A stretch of 57,843 nt of DNA from NCBI GenBank assembly GCA_017397685.1, contig JAFQID010000028.1, positions 1 to 57,843 of the forward strand. Reading direction: 5' to 3'. The notes below the pieces were generated by a model. The model ran no database searches, was not told where the DNA came from, and saw only the letters and a list, made by a program, of their open reading frames with translations. The DNA is from Bacilli bacterium. Lineage in GTDB: Bacteria; Bacillota_I; Bacilli_A; RF39; UBA660. The position numbers and the translations under genes are program-made. Of the stretch, positions 31,492 to 41,927 are shown one piece after another; the stretch's first letter is position 1; each line of letters starts with the position of its first letter.

Positions 31492-31583
31492 AAATCAAAA
31501 CCCCCTTATTGATTTGTGCATATATTATAACAAATAAAAAGGATTTTGTCAAGCAAAATTCTTTTTAAATGCAAACAATCGTA

Positions 31584-33320
31584 TTATAGTTTTTGATTAA
31601 TTTCTTCTTTTATCTTTTCTATAAAGTCGTTTAATGGCATATTGTTTGTTGATTGTTCTCCTCTTTTTCTATAACTTATTGTTTTAGATTCTAGTTCTTT
31701 ATCACCTATTATTAGTGTATAAGAACATTTATTTATAGCACTTTCTCTCATTTTGTAGCTAAGTTTTTCATCTCTATCATCTAGGTTTACTCTTATGTTA
31801 TCATTACTTAGTTTATTAAATATTTCTTTTGCATAGTCAAGATGTATTTCATTATTTACAGGTATTATATTTATTTGTCTAGGATTTAACCATAATGGGA
31901 ATGCTCCGGCGTAGTGTTCTATTAATATGCCTATGAATCTTTCTATTGAACCGAATATTACTCTATGAAGCATAACAGGTCTTTTTTTAGATCCATCTTT
32001 ATCTACATATGTTAAGTCAAATCTTTCTGGTAAGTTCATATCTAATTGAATAGTACCACATTGCCATACTCTACCTAATGAGTCCTTTATATGGAAGTCT
32101 AGTTTAGGTCCATAGAATGCTCCATCTCCTGGATTTATTTTACATTCATGTCCTGATTTATGGCAGGCTTCTTCTAGTGCTTTTTCACTTTTGTTCCATA
32201 TCTCAATATCGCCTATATATTTTTCTTCTGGTCTTGTTGATAGTTCTATTGAATAAGATAGACCAAATAATGAGTATACTCTATCTATAAAGTTTATTAG
32301 TCTTACTACTTCACTTTCGATTTGTTCTGGTGTCATGAATATATGAGCATCGTCTTGAGTGAATGTACGAACTCTAAATAAACCATTAAGTGCCCCACTC
32401 GCTTCATGTCTATGTACTTGACCAAGTTCACCTACTCTAAGTGGAAGATTTTTATATGAGTATAAACTATTTTTGTATACAAGCATACCTCCTGGACAGT
32501 TCATTGGTTTTATTGCAAATGTTCTATCATCTATTTCTGATGTATACATGTTTTCTCTATAGTTATTCCAGTGACCTGATAGTTCCCAAAGTTCTTTGTT
32601 TAGCATTATCGGTGTTTTTATAAACTCATATCCTTCTTTTTTATGTTCATTGTACCAATATTGTTCTAGTTCATTTCTTACAATCATTCCATTATTTAAG
32701 AAGAATGGGAATCCTGGTCCATATTCACTCATCATGAATAATCCAAGTTCTTTTCCAAGTTTTTTATGATCTCTTTTTTTAGCTTCTTCTAGGAAGTTTA
32801 AGTGTTCTATAAGGTCTTCTTCAGTTTCAAAACATACTCCATATATTCTTTGAAGCATTTTGTTTTTAGCATCACCTTTCCAGTATGCTCCGCTAGATTT
32901 TAATAATTTGAAGTGTTTTAGTTCTTTTGTTGATGACACATGTGGTCCTCTACAAAGATCTATAAAATCTTCTTGTTTATATGCTGATATAGTTACTTCG
33001 TTTTCATCCATTCTGCTTATTAGGTCGAGTTTGTATTTATCGTCTTTAAACATTTCTAGAGCTTCTTCTTTAGAAAGTTCTAATCTTTTTATTAATTTGT
33101 TATCTTTTGATATTTTTTTCATTTCTTTTTCGATTTTAGGAAGATCTTCTTCTGTTATTACGTTATCTCCTAAATCTATATCGTAGTAAAATCCTTCGTC
33201 TATTACTGGTCCTACCCAGAATTTTGCATCTGGATATAAGTGTTTTACAGCATGTGCTAGTAAGTGTGCACAGCTGTGGTTAATCATATTTAATTTTTCA
33301 TCATTTTTAATTTCTTTCAT
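31584..33320 (-). CDS. thrS: Threonine--tRNA ligase, short form without N-terminal TGS domain
   Basis: HSCAHLLA, DLCRGPH, RDHKKLG, KPMNCP, FTQDDAH, AFYGPK, GSIERF. Confidence 0.98.
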   Translation of the reverse strand: MKEIKNDEKLNMINHSCAHLLAHAVKHLYPDAKFWVGPVIDEGFYYDIDLGDNVITEEDLPKIEKEMKKISKDNKLIKRLELSKEEALEMFKDDKYKLDLISRMDENEVTISAYKQEDFIDLCRGPHVSSTKELKHFKLLKSSGAYWKGDAKNKMLQRIYGVCFETEEDLIEHLNFLEEAKKRDHKKLGKELGLFMMSEYGPGFPFFLNNGMIVRNELEQYWYNEHKKEGYEFIKTPIMLNKELWELSGHWNNYRENMYTSEIDDRTFAIKPMNCPGGMLVYKNSLYSYKNLPLRVGELGQVHRHEASGALNGLFRVRTFTQDDAHIFMTPEQIESEVVRLINFIDRVYSLFGLSYSIELSTRPEEKYIGDIEIWNKSEKALEEACHKSGHECKINPGDGAFYGPKLDFHIKDSLGRVWQCGTIQLDMNLPERFDLTYVDKDGSKKRPVMLHRVIFGSIERFIGILIEHYAGAFPLWLNPRQINIIPVNNEIHLDYAKEIFNKLSNDNIRVNLDDRDEKLSYKMRESAINKCSYTLIIGDKELESKTISYRKRGEQSTNNMPLNDFIEKIKEEINQKL

Positions 33321-33337
33321 TTTTTTACCTTCTTTCT

Positions 33338-33799
33338 TTATTCATATATTTCTATTGACTGAATTATTTCTTTATATTTTCTTACTTTATACGTTCGTTT
33401 TAGTGTATATCCTCTATCTTCTAGTTCTTCTCTTGCTTTTCTTGATGTACTTTGTTTATTGAATTTAGTATTTAATAGACATAATAGTTCATCTATACTC
33501 ATATCTGTGTAATTTTTGCTACGTTTAATTTTTTGTTTTTGTTTAGCTGAATAGATTTGTGTATAATCACTATTTTCAAGTTCTTGTTTAGGTACTATGT
33601 AAGGCACTATATTTTTGCCATCGGTTACGTATACAGCTTTTCCTTCTAAATATAATATTTTTGCATCTTCGAATGAACATCTTTTTATATTTGGAAAGAG
33701 TACTTTTATGTCTTTATGACTAAGTTTTTTTAATCCATCTCCGCTCATCATTAAATATCTTGATAAAAATTTTGATAATGTTATTATTTGATTATTCAT
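33338..33799 (-). CDS. Hypothetical protein between the T-box and thrS
   Basis: 153-aa ORF, AGGGAG RBS, ends 17 nt before the thrS ATG. Confidence 0.75.
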   Translation of the reverse strand: MNNQIITLSKFLSRYLMMSGDGLKKLSHKDIKVLFPNIKRCSFEDAKILYLEGKAVYVTDGKNIVPYIVPKQELENSDYTQIYSAKQKQKIKRSKNYTDMSIDELLCLLNTKFNKQSTSRKAREELEDRGYTLKRTYKVRKYKEIIQSIEIYE

Positions 33800-33811
33800 A
33801 ATATCTCCCTA

Positions 33812-34012
33812 GAAAACAAAAAAGAATGATACAAGGAGTCTTTATTTAAGACGGTACCATCCTTTATTTTACTTCTTATTTATAACGTAATTACACGTGA
33901 GTTATTAGCTCCATTAGATAGGTAGTAATTATTAAGTGATATATTAACTTTCACCAACCGTTAATTCTCTAAGAATATCTTTCTTAACAATCTTGTCCTA
34001 AATATTGGTTTA
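33812..34012 (-). promoter_or_regulatory. T-box riboswitch (Thr)
   Basis: Minus strand: AGAGA...GGTTGGTGAAA stem I, ACU/ACC specifier candidates, T-box AAGGATGGTACCG, downstream U tract. Confidence 0.88.
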
Positions 34013-34040
34013 CTTTTTGATATTATCATATATTTTTATT

Positions 34041-34745
34041 TTATGCAACATCTTTTTCTAAGGTTCTTATGTAATTATTTCCTTTTATTGCTAGTAGTTG
34101 TTCTATTACTTCACTTAGTGCGATAAGTTCATTTTTATTAAGTTTTGATATATGTGTGGCTAAGTCTTGAGGAGATATATTTTTAAATTCACTTGTAATA
34201 GTTTCTTTTTCATTATTTTCAATGTTATCATATACATTTTTAACTATAGCTTTATCTATAAAAGGAGCCATTTTTATTTGTTCTTCTGCCATTATTCTTT
34301 CGCTATATTCTATTGGAGTTTCTGTTGGATCGTATAATGAGCTATCATTTTTTCTTGCTTTAAACTTTTCTTTTGTTAATTCAAATTCAACTTTTGGCTC
34401 TGGAACAGTTACTTTTACTTCTGGTTCTTTCTTTCTATATTCGAAATCTATTGGTTCATATTTACCACTTGCGATTGCTTTATCTACGGTTGCTTTATAG
34501 TCTCCACTATCTTTTATTATGTTTAATCCTTGTATAAAGTAATAAAATGGTATTAGTGCTTTTAAGAAGTTTGTTATTTTTTCATTAAAGCTATATAAAC
34601 TATTTTTTTCAGCTAATTTATAGTTTCTTTTTAATATCTCTTCATTTACTCTACTTTGAGTTGAATATATCCAAAATAGGCCCATTGCTAGTGTTATTGA
34701 ATGAACTGCTATTATAGTTAGTATTATATCTTGTGGTTTTATCAT
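34041..34745 (-). CDS. Hypothetical membrane protein
   Basis: N-terminal TM; GAGGA RBS; TTGACA/TATAAT upstream. Confidence 0.75.
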   Translation of the reverse strand: MIKPQDIILTIIAVHSITLAMGLFWIYSTQSRVNEEILKRNYKLAEKNSLYSFNEKITNFLKALIPFYYFIQGLNIIKDSGDYKATVDKAIASGKYEPIDFEYRKKEPEVKVTVPEPKVEFELTKEKFKARKNDSSLYDPTETPIEYSERIMAEEQIKMAPFIDKAIVKNVYDNIENNEKETITSEFKNISPQDLATHISKLNKNELIALSEVIEQLLAIKGNNYIRTLEKDVA

Positions 34746-34900
34746 TTTAATTCCTCCTTACCCCTTTTTTAAATACGGCTTTTATTATACTATATTTTTA
34801 TTGATTTGTCAAAAAATAGTTTGAAATAAATTAAAATGACTGTTTTTGTCAGTCATTAAGTTATTTAGTTTGAAAATAGTTTTCTGCTCATTTTATTTTT

Positions 34901-35734
34901 TTATTTGTTTAAACTTAAACTCATTTTCTTTTCTTCTTCTTTATTTCTATCAATATCCATATTTATTTTTTTTAAGTTGCTCATTAATGAAAAAGGAAAT
35001 TGATATTTATTTAAAATCCCTTCTTTAATTAATTCTAGATTAAAACATACTGCTGTTTTTGATAAATATGTAGTTAAAATACATAGTGCAATAATTAAAG
35101 GCTCTGTTGCTAAAAAGAATGTACAATCAATATTATCATTTAATTCATTTTTACGGTATAAAGAAAATGCATTATCAATATTACCGGTTAATTCATCTTT
35201 ATAATATATTATTTGTATATCATTATTAATATTTGTGGGATTAGTTTCTTCTAGAGTAGTTATTGTAGGTTCAGGCATGTTTGATAAAATATCATTTATT
35301 ACTTCTTCATCATTTTCTTCGAAGCCTTTAATAAGAGCATCTTGATTAATCATAGATACATCAAAAGTATATATATCTTTACGATAAGAATCTTTAAAAT
35401 ATGTTTTAGTCCAAGGAGAATGAATTTCAATTTTGTCGCTTGCTTCATTACTATAAGTATATTCATTCTTAATTTCTCTAGGATTTTCTTTTCCTAAAGT
35501 GTACTCGGTAGTAGAATGTTCATAAACTGTATGCTTGGCTTCTCTTAATTTTACAAATCCAATACCTGCGCCCACGATATATATAATGGTTGGCATAGTG
35601 TATTTAAGAAAGATACCACATTTTTTTAATTTTAATATTAATCTTTCCTTTCTTAATTCTTTTAATAACTGCTCGTTATTATTGAAATTATTTTTCAATT
35701 TTATTCCCCCCTTAAAGTACATGTATTTTATCAT
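34901..35734 (-). CDS. Hypothetical two-TM protein (start probably TTG 35698)
   Basis: 277-aa ORF with two hydrophobic segments; GGGGGG RBS before TTG. Confidence 0.7.
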   Translation of the reverse strand: MIKYMYFKGGIKLKNNFNNNEQLLKELRKERLILKLKKCGIFLKYTMPTIIYIVGAGIGFVKLREAKHTVYEHSTTEYTLGKENPREIKNEYTYSNEASDKIEIHSPWTKTYFKDSYRKDIYTFDVSMINQDALIKGFEENDEEVINDILSNMPEPTITTLEETNPTNINNDIQIIYYKDELTGNIDNAFSLYRKNELNDNIDCTFFLATEPLIIALCILTTYLSKTAVCFNLELIKEGILNKYQFPFSLMSNLKKINMDIDRNKEEEKKMSLSLNK

Positions 35735-35774
35735 AATTTCATATTTTTGTCAATCTTTTGTTTGCTTTTATATT

Positions 35775-35829
35775 TTATCGATTATTAATTTTCTCAATAT
35801 AAAAAGACTGTTTGTCCAGTCTTTGATTA
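35775..35829. repeat. 55-bp direct repeat, copy 1 (terminator-containing)
   Basis: 52/55 identical to 38218-38272; AAAGACTG/CAGTCTTT hairpin. Confidence 0.9.
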
Positions 35830-36170
35830 ATATTTTTTAGTTCTTTGTCTATCGATTTCGTATAATACAGTTGTAACAGCGGTTGTTACATTTAATGAAT
35901 CAATGTTATCTTTCATATTTATTTTTACTAATTCTTCTGCTTTTTCTATATAATAATTTGATAATCCTTTTTCTTCATTGCCAGCTAGTAAAATAATGGG
36001 GGTATTAAAGTTTGTATGTTGTACATATTTTTCTGCTTGTAAAGATGATGCGATTATTTTTAAATTTGGATACTTATCTTTTAAATTATTATAGTATTTG
36101 TCAAAATCTTCTTTAGTTTCTATGTATCTAAATGGTAATTTAAAAAATGAACCCATTGATGTTGTGACAC
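35827..36170 (-). pseudogene. 5'-truncated TrmH/SpoU RNA methyltransferase fragment
   Basis: TSMGSFF, GNEEKGLS, IDSLNV, LYE present; N-terminal half and RBS absent. Confidence 0.75.
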
Positions 36171-36252
36171 AATAAATGTAATGGTATTCATAAAAGTATT
36201 GTCATAATGTTTTTATATACAAAATAAGGTTGTTCTTGCTATAGTGTTTTAT

Positions 36253-37185
36253 TTATTGCTTAAGTTTTTTTCTATAAGCATTAAATGGATTTGAATATAA
36301 GTTTATTTTTTTTAATTCATTTTCATTTAATGGTAATCCATATAATATTCTTTCTTGCATTGTATATATTTTCTTTGCATTATTATAGGCTATTATATTA
36401 TCTTTATCATAAATAGTTATCATTGATAATTTATTTTCAGATTCAATTGATCTAATGTAATCATATGATGGAGAATTAGTAATACCATAATGTGTTATTT
36501 TGTATTTATAACGGCAATTGTTGATAAAACATTTTAGTTGATATAATCTAATGCTATCTAAATCGTTATCTGATATTGAAGTATTATATAAATATTTAAA
36601 TACTTCGCTTAATGTTAAATGTGAATTAATATTTGCTCTTCTTTCATGTGGAGCTTTATTATGAAATAATTCATAATAAATTATTTTTTTATACATTTTT
36701 AAAGTTAAAGTCATACATTCATTTTCAAGTGTCTTTATTTCTTCTTTTGAAAGTGCTTCTTTTTCAAAATCTGTTAGTGTAACAAGTTTAGGTTTTTTAA
36801 TATCATTAATTATATTCATAAAAAGAACACTTAAAGTATCTTTATCTAAATCAACTTCTTTTCTAAGTAATGTATGATCTAATTCGTGCAATATGGTTAA
36901 TGCAATACTAATATTGTGTAAAAGAATTTTATTATTTATAAATGATAATTTATTTTTTCTTAAATCTTTATTTAAATTAATAATTAGTTTCCCACTAGAA
37001 AAATTAAATGAATTATAATTAAATTCATTTTTTTCTTCAGATGTTATTATTGTTAATTCTTTAATATAATTATATAGACTTTTTTCATGTATGATAATTT
37101 TTATAATTTTGTTAACAAATTCTTCATCTGCCATTTTATTATTTATAGAATAATCAAATATTATCTTTGCAATATCTTCACACAT
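36253..37185 (-). CDS. Hypothetical protein with zincin-like HExxH motif
   Basis: TILHELDH plus downstream PHERRAN; GAGGGG RBS before MCEDI. Confidence 0.7.
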   Translation of the reverse strand: MCEDIAKIIFDYSINNKMADEEFVNKIIKIIIHEKSLYNYIKELTIITSEEKNEFNYNSFNFSSGKLIINLNKDLRKNKLSFINNKILLHNISIALTILHELDHTLLRKEVDLDKDTLSVLFMNIINDIKKPKLVTLTDFEKEALSKEEIKTLENECMTLTLKMYKKIIYYELFHNKAPHERRANINSHLTLSEVFKYLYNTSISDNDLDSIRLYQLKCFINNCRYKYKITHYGITNSPSYDYIRSIESENKLSMITIYDKDNIIAYNNAKKIYTMQERILYGLPLNENELKKINLYSNPFNAYRKKLKQ

Positions 37186-37345
37186 AATACCCCTCAAATT
37201 GCTATATATTATAATATAATTAATTAATAATGTCAAAATATAGTAATATGATATGGTTCTTAAATTTCATCTAAGTATAAGTGAGTAGATTTAAAATGAT
37301 AAAAAGATAGGTTACAATTCTTAGAATTTAAATATTAATAATTTC

Positions 37346-38167
37346 TTATTTTTTTCTTATTAATAATTTTTGGTCAACTTGAGGATAAAAAGGCTCAATA
37401 AACTTTAAATTATTATTGAATGTATTAATTGGCGATGATATGATTCCAAAATTATTATCAGTAATTTGTTTTGTTCCTCTTGCGTTTTGTGGAAATAATT
37501 TTAAATATGGATCTATTATTCCAAAATTTCCTGGTAAGATTTCACTTATGTACCATGGAATGCAACCATTATGATAATGTGCGCCTAGTGTTATATCTAT
37601 ATTTTTTAAATTATCTAATCCATTTATAGTTTCTGTATTAAAAGTATGTTTTGGACTATGTTCTATTAAAATGTTGATTTTATTTGTTTTAGGTAGATTA
37701 ACTTTCTTTATTATATCAATAAATTCATCTATGGGTTCTTTTTCTTCATAATAGTTTCCTGAAAAATGAGTTCCAAAAACATTAATATTATTATCTGTAT
37801 ATAATTCATTTTGTAATATTATAGCTCCGTTATTTTTTAGTTCTTGAACATATTGTTCGTTATAATATTCTTTCCACTGGCCATTTGTTTTGGTGAGTTG
37901 GTCGTGATTTCCTAAAACCATTATTAGTTTGGATATTTTGGCCATTTTGTATATTAGTTTGTAAAGTTCAATTAATTTTTTGTTTGTATATTTTGAATCA
38001 TTTACTAAATCTCCTATAAAGAAAATATAATCTGGTTTATTTATAGTTAATCTATCTACACTTTTTATAAAACTATTCATATTGGTTTGTGGTGTATAGT
38101 GCAAATCACTATAGATTACAGCATTAATGTTTTCTTGTTTTTTATCTATTTTTATAATTCTTTCCAT
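37346..38167 (-). CDS. Calcineurin-like metallophosphoesterase (YkuE-like)
   Basis: SDLH, GDLVND, GNHD, HSP, AHYHNG. Confidence 0.88.
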   Translation of the reverse strand: MERIIKIDKKQENINAVIYSDLHYTPQTNMNSFIKSVDRLTINKPDYIFFIGDLVNDSKYTNKKLIELYKLIYKMAKISKLIMVLGNHDQLTKTNGQWKEYYNEQYVQELKNNGAIILQNELYTDNNINVFGTHFSGNYYEEKEPIDEFIDIIKKVNLPKTNKINILIEHSPKHTFNTETINGLDNLKNIDITLGAHYHNGCIPWYISEILPGNFGIIDPYLKLFPQNARGTKQITDNNFGIISSPINTFNNNLKFIEPFYPQVDQKLLIRKK

Positions 38168-38217
38168 TTTATATTTCCCCTTTTTGATGCTGTATATTAT
38201 ATCATATGGTTAAAATA

Positions 38218-38272
38218 TTATCAATTAATAATTTTCTCAATGTAAAAAGACTGTTTGTCCAGTCTTTGATTA
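38218..38272. repeat. 55-bp direct repeat, copy 2
   Basis: Matches 35775-35829. Confidence 0.9.
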
Positions 38273-38289
38273 TTTTTAATTTATCTTAC

Positions 38290-39087
38290 TTATTTTTTTA
38301 ATATTAGTTTTTGTTCATCGATAAATGAGTAGTCTATTTCTGATTCTTTTAAAGACTTTAATATATTATTTTTTTGTTTATTTAATTTTATAAAATCTTT
38401 ATATCCAAATAATTTTAAGTGTCCATTTTCGAAGAAATCATTCATTGATAGCATTTGCCCTGGAAATAAAAGTATATATACTAGTATAACATATACCATA
38501 TTCTTTTTTGATGAGGTATCTATGTCTTCAAAACCTTCTGGAACCATATTTGGATTATAAAATGAATATGGTCCATTACACATAATATTATATAGAGCGT
38601 CTGTGATTGTGTTTTCTTCTGATATTTTATATTTCATCATATTTAAAGATGACAATCTTTTTTTTAATTCTTCAAGTGCTATTGCATTTTTGTTATCTAG
38701 ACTATTTTTTGCGATTTGTTCTAATCTATCGATTTCACTTGTTAATATTTTTTTCATAAAATCACTATAGCCTGTGTTATTACATAACATTAATTCGCTA
38801 AATAATAAATTTCCGTGTTCTCTAATTGGTTGATTACAAACATAATTAAAATATATTTCCATAAATAATTTTATATCCGCCTGATTTGATATTAGATATG
38901 CGCTAATATCCTTTCCTCTTTTTTCTAAAGCCATTTCTTCATATTCCATAAAAGCTTTGTATGAATAAGGTGTGCCATTAAATCTTCTTAATATTTCTTT
39001 TTTTGCTTTTAATTGTTCAGAATTTATCGGATTTGTTAAAACTTCAAATGATAATTCTGATAATGATTTACTTTTTAAATTTTTCAT
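38290..39087 (-). CDS. Hypothetical protein (265 aa)
   Basis: Long ORF starting 7 nt after the dnaI stop. Confidence 0.75.
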   Translation of the reverse strand: MKNLKSKSLSELSFEVLTNPINSEQLKAKKEILRRFNGTPYSYKAFMEYEEMALEKRGKDISAYLISNQADIKLFMEIYFNYVCNQPIREHGNLLFSELMLCNNTGYSDFMKKILTSEIDRLEQIAKNSLDNKNAIALEELKKRLSSLNMMKYKISEENTITDALYNIMCNGPYSFYNPNMVPEGFEDIDTSSKKNMVYVILVYILLFPGQMLSMNDFFENGHLKLFGYKDFIKLNKQKNNILKSLKESEIDYSFIDEQKLILKK

Positions 39088-39094
39088 ATTTTTT

Positions 39095-40009
39095 TCATCT
39101 CCTTTTATTAGAACTTATTAGTTCTTCTTGCTCAGTTAAATTTTTTATTCTTTCTATTATTCTTCTTGCTTTGATTTGTTCTATTCCATCTTTTGTTTCG
39201 CTTAAATGATTTTCTAGTTCATTTATTGTGAAGTTTGATGTAAAGAATGTAGTTAAGAAGTTATCCATTCTAAATTGTAGTATGGTTGATAGTATTTCAT
39301 CTCTTGCCCAGCTTGTATTGTTTTCTGCTCCTATATCATCTATAAGTAGAATTTCACTAGTCATTATTTCTTCTAGTACATCTTCGTATGAACCGTCTGA
39401 GAATGATGATTTTAGTTTCTTTAGTAAGCTTGGGTAATATACGTTTGCACATTTAAATCCTTTTAATGATAGTTCGTTTAATAGTGCGCTTAATAAGTAT
39501 GATTTTCCGCTTCCAAATGATCCGCTAAGATATAGTCCTTTTACTGGTTCGTTTGATATTTTCTTTTTTAAGAATGTTTTCATATATTTTAATATTTTAT
39601 TTCTTTCTTTTTCTTCAATTATGTCGCTTAGTGAAGCGTTTTTTAATGAAAGAGGTGTTTCAAAAAAGTTTGTTTTCGCTTTTTTTGATTCTTCTGATGT
39701 GTGTTTTTTAAAGTATTTGCAAGGTTTATATACGAACTCTAGGTGTTCATCTTTTTTATTTGGATAATATATATGACCTTTTATTTCTAATTTACATTCT
39801 GATAAACCTTTGCATTTTGCACAATTGCTTAATTCTTCAGTTGTTTTTTCTAATTTAGATGTGTATTTCATTAGTATTTCATCTGAGCATTTTAGTCTAG
39901 AACATAGTTTTTGAAAGTTTTCATCTTTTGATGCTAGTATAAACTCTCTTGTTAATTCATCTTTTATATCTTTTTTTGATTTTTTTATTTGTATTTTTTT
40001 ATCTATCAT
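39095..40009 (-). CDS. dnaI: Primosomal helicase loader DnaI
   Basis: N-terminal Cys cluster, GLYLSGSFGSGKS, LLIDDIGAE, WARDEIL, TSNF. Confidence 0.95.
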   Translation of the reverse strand: MIDKKIQIKKSKKDIKDELTREFILASKDENFQKLCSRLKCSDEILMKYTSKLEKTTEELSNCAKCKGLSECKLEIKGHIYYPNKKDEHLEFVYKPCKYFKKHTSEESKKAKTNFFETPLSLKNASLSDIIEEKERNKILKYMKTFLKKKISNEPVKGLYLSGSFGSGKSYLLSALLNELSLKGFKCANVYYPSLLKKLKSSFSDGSYEDVLEEIMTSEILLIDDIGAENNTSWARDEILSTILQFRMDNFLTTFFTSNFTINELENHLSETKDGIEQIKARRIIERIKNLTEQEELISSNKRR

Positions 40010-41295
40010 TTTCTAAACTCCTCTATAAAGTTTTTGAAGTCTATATTCGCTTCTTCATCGTCATTTTTACTTTCTGTTATTTTTTCATTAAACCATGTTG
40101 GAACTACTTCTTTTTTCTTGCTTGATACAGTTTTATTTGTTTTCTTTTTATGTTCTTTTTCCGCTAGTTGCATTGCTTCGCTTGCTGTTTCTATTCCACT
40201 TCTTTTCCATTGTCCTGCGATTGTTTCAATATATGCTTTTACTAGTTTATTATTATTTGTTTTAAGTGTGTAGTCTATAAGTACGTTTACAACTGCTGGA
40301 TTTAGTTTTAAATCAATAAGTAGCATTTCTAGTATTCTCATATCTCTATCTGTTGGTTTAACGCCTTTATATTTTGCTTTTAAAAACTCATAAGGAGAAT
40401 GATTTTCAAATACTTTTATTATTCTGCCTCTTTTTGTGTTATCTCCTGATGGTTCTTTTAAATATTCTGGTTGATTTTTAAATAGTAAACTAGGTAATCT
40501 ATTATCATTATTTATTTCGTAATATTTTCTTACATTTTTTCTTAGTTCTTCTTTTTCTATATTTCCTTTTTCATTAAGTGATGTTTTAATTAAGTCTGCC
40601 ATTGTTATTGGATCTATTTCATATAAGAATGAAAGGTTTATTATTAGTTCTTTTACCGCTTTATTTAAGCATTTTTCATTAAACATATTTTTTGGGATGT
40701 TATTTATAAGGAAGTCAAAGTCATAATCTAATTCATATTTAAGATTTAATTTATTTTTGCTTATTATTTCTCCTGTATTTATTTCAAATTCCGAATATTT
40801 ACTACTTTTATATACCATGTTAAATGGTGAAGTGATATCTGTGTAATCTTTTAGGTTTATGTTTGGTGTTTTAAAATAATTTAATAAACGATTATATTCT
40901 TGTTTACCTACGTTATTATATAAAACTATGTTGAATATTGGGTGTGAAAAAAATTCTTTTGCATTTACTGGTGCATATAGTTCATAAATGTATGAGTTTA
41001 TATTTCCTTCTAGAAAGTATGTTTTTAATAGTCCTATTCCTTCTAATTTAAGACGTGCTTCTTTTATATTATCAAGTGATAGACCCATTGATGTCATTAA
41101 GTGGTGATGTGATAGTTCGCTAGATATATAGTTTCCTGATGCGACTTCGCTTTGTAATTTTAAGTAAAGCATTACTGCGATGTTACCTATTATTGGCATA
41201 TAAAGCATATTTAAAACAAGTTTGTCTTGCTCAGAAGATAAACTTTTATCTATTACTTGATATATATCAGCTGGTAAAAGTGATATTTTTTTCAT
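40006..41295 (-). CDS. dnaB: Replication initiation/membrane attachment protein DnaB (Firmicutes type)
   Basis: LYMPIIG, LEGIGLLKTY, VVNVLIDY, YIETIAGQW, PTWF; coupled to dnaI. Confidence 0.92.
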   Translation of the reverse strand: MKKISLLPADIYQVIDKSLSSEQDKLVLNMLYMPIIGNIAVMLYLKLQSEVASGNYISSELSHHHLMTSMGLSLDNIKEARLKLEGIGLLKTYFLEGNINSYIYELYAPVNAKEFFSHPIFNIVLYNNVGKQEYNRLLNYFKTPNINLKDYTDITSPFNMVYKSSKYSEFEINTGEIISKNKLNLKYELDYDFDFLINNIPKNMFNEKCLNKAVKELIINLSFLYEIDPITMADLIKTSLNEKGNIEKEELRKNVRKYYEINNDNRLPSLLFKNQPEYLKEPSGDNTKRGRIIKVFENHSPYEFLKAKYKGVKPTDRDMRILEMLLIDLKLNPAVVNVLIDYTLKTNNNKLVKAYIETIAGQWKRSGIETASEAMQLAEKEHKKKTNKTVSSKKKEVVPTWFNEKITESKNDDEEANIDFKNFIEEFRK

Positions 41296-41369
41296 ACTGC
41301 TTCACCTAAAATTATTATAAATCAAAAAGATGTTATTTTAAAGAAAAAACTAGTATGATTAACTAGTTT

Positions 41370-41804
41370 TTATCTTTTAATTGGTTTTTGATAAAAGTTA
41401 TCTAATAATGTTGCTGTGTCAAATGTACATAAAAGATGTGTTATATCACCAACGTTTATTTCTGCATAACTTATTAATCCACTTTTTGGATTAAAATATG
41501 GTGTAACAGTTTTATCAGTACATTTTTTGATTAGATCTTCTAGATTTAAATGTCTCTTGATAATTTCATATTTTTCATCTTCTTTATCTATTACGTGAGT
41601 CATTAAACCATTTTTATGATCTTTGAATATACGATTAGATTTTATAGCATTTAGAAACTCTTGTTCTGATTTTTGATATTCTATCTCCCAGTCATTTAAT
41701 TTTAATAGTTTTGTATATATAGTTTTTACGAAATCAGTTGTAGTGCCTAGATTAAATGCTATAAAGTTTATGTCTTCTTCGTATGGTTTTAATCTGTCTT
41801 TCAT
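41370..41804 (-). CDS. Hypothetical protein (144 aa)
   Basis: AAGGGGG RBS; terminator at about 41347-41371. Confidence 0.7.
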   Translation of the reverse strand: MKDRLKPYEEDINFIAFNLGTTTDFVKTIYTKLLKLNDWEIEYQKSEQEFLNAIKSNRIFKDHKNGLMTHVIDKEDEKYEIIKRHLNLEDLIKKCTDKTVTPYFNPKSGLISYAEINVGDITHLLCTFDTATLLDNFYQKPIKR

Positions 41805-41927
41805 ATTTTCCCCCTTCTTTTAATTGTGTTTTATTATATCACAAACTTTTGCTTTTGTAAAATACAATCGATTATTATCTATGAGTTGTTTTATTTCTTC
41901 TATAATAGGTTTTGTTTATTTGTTGAT

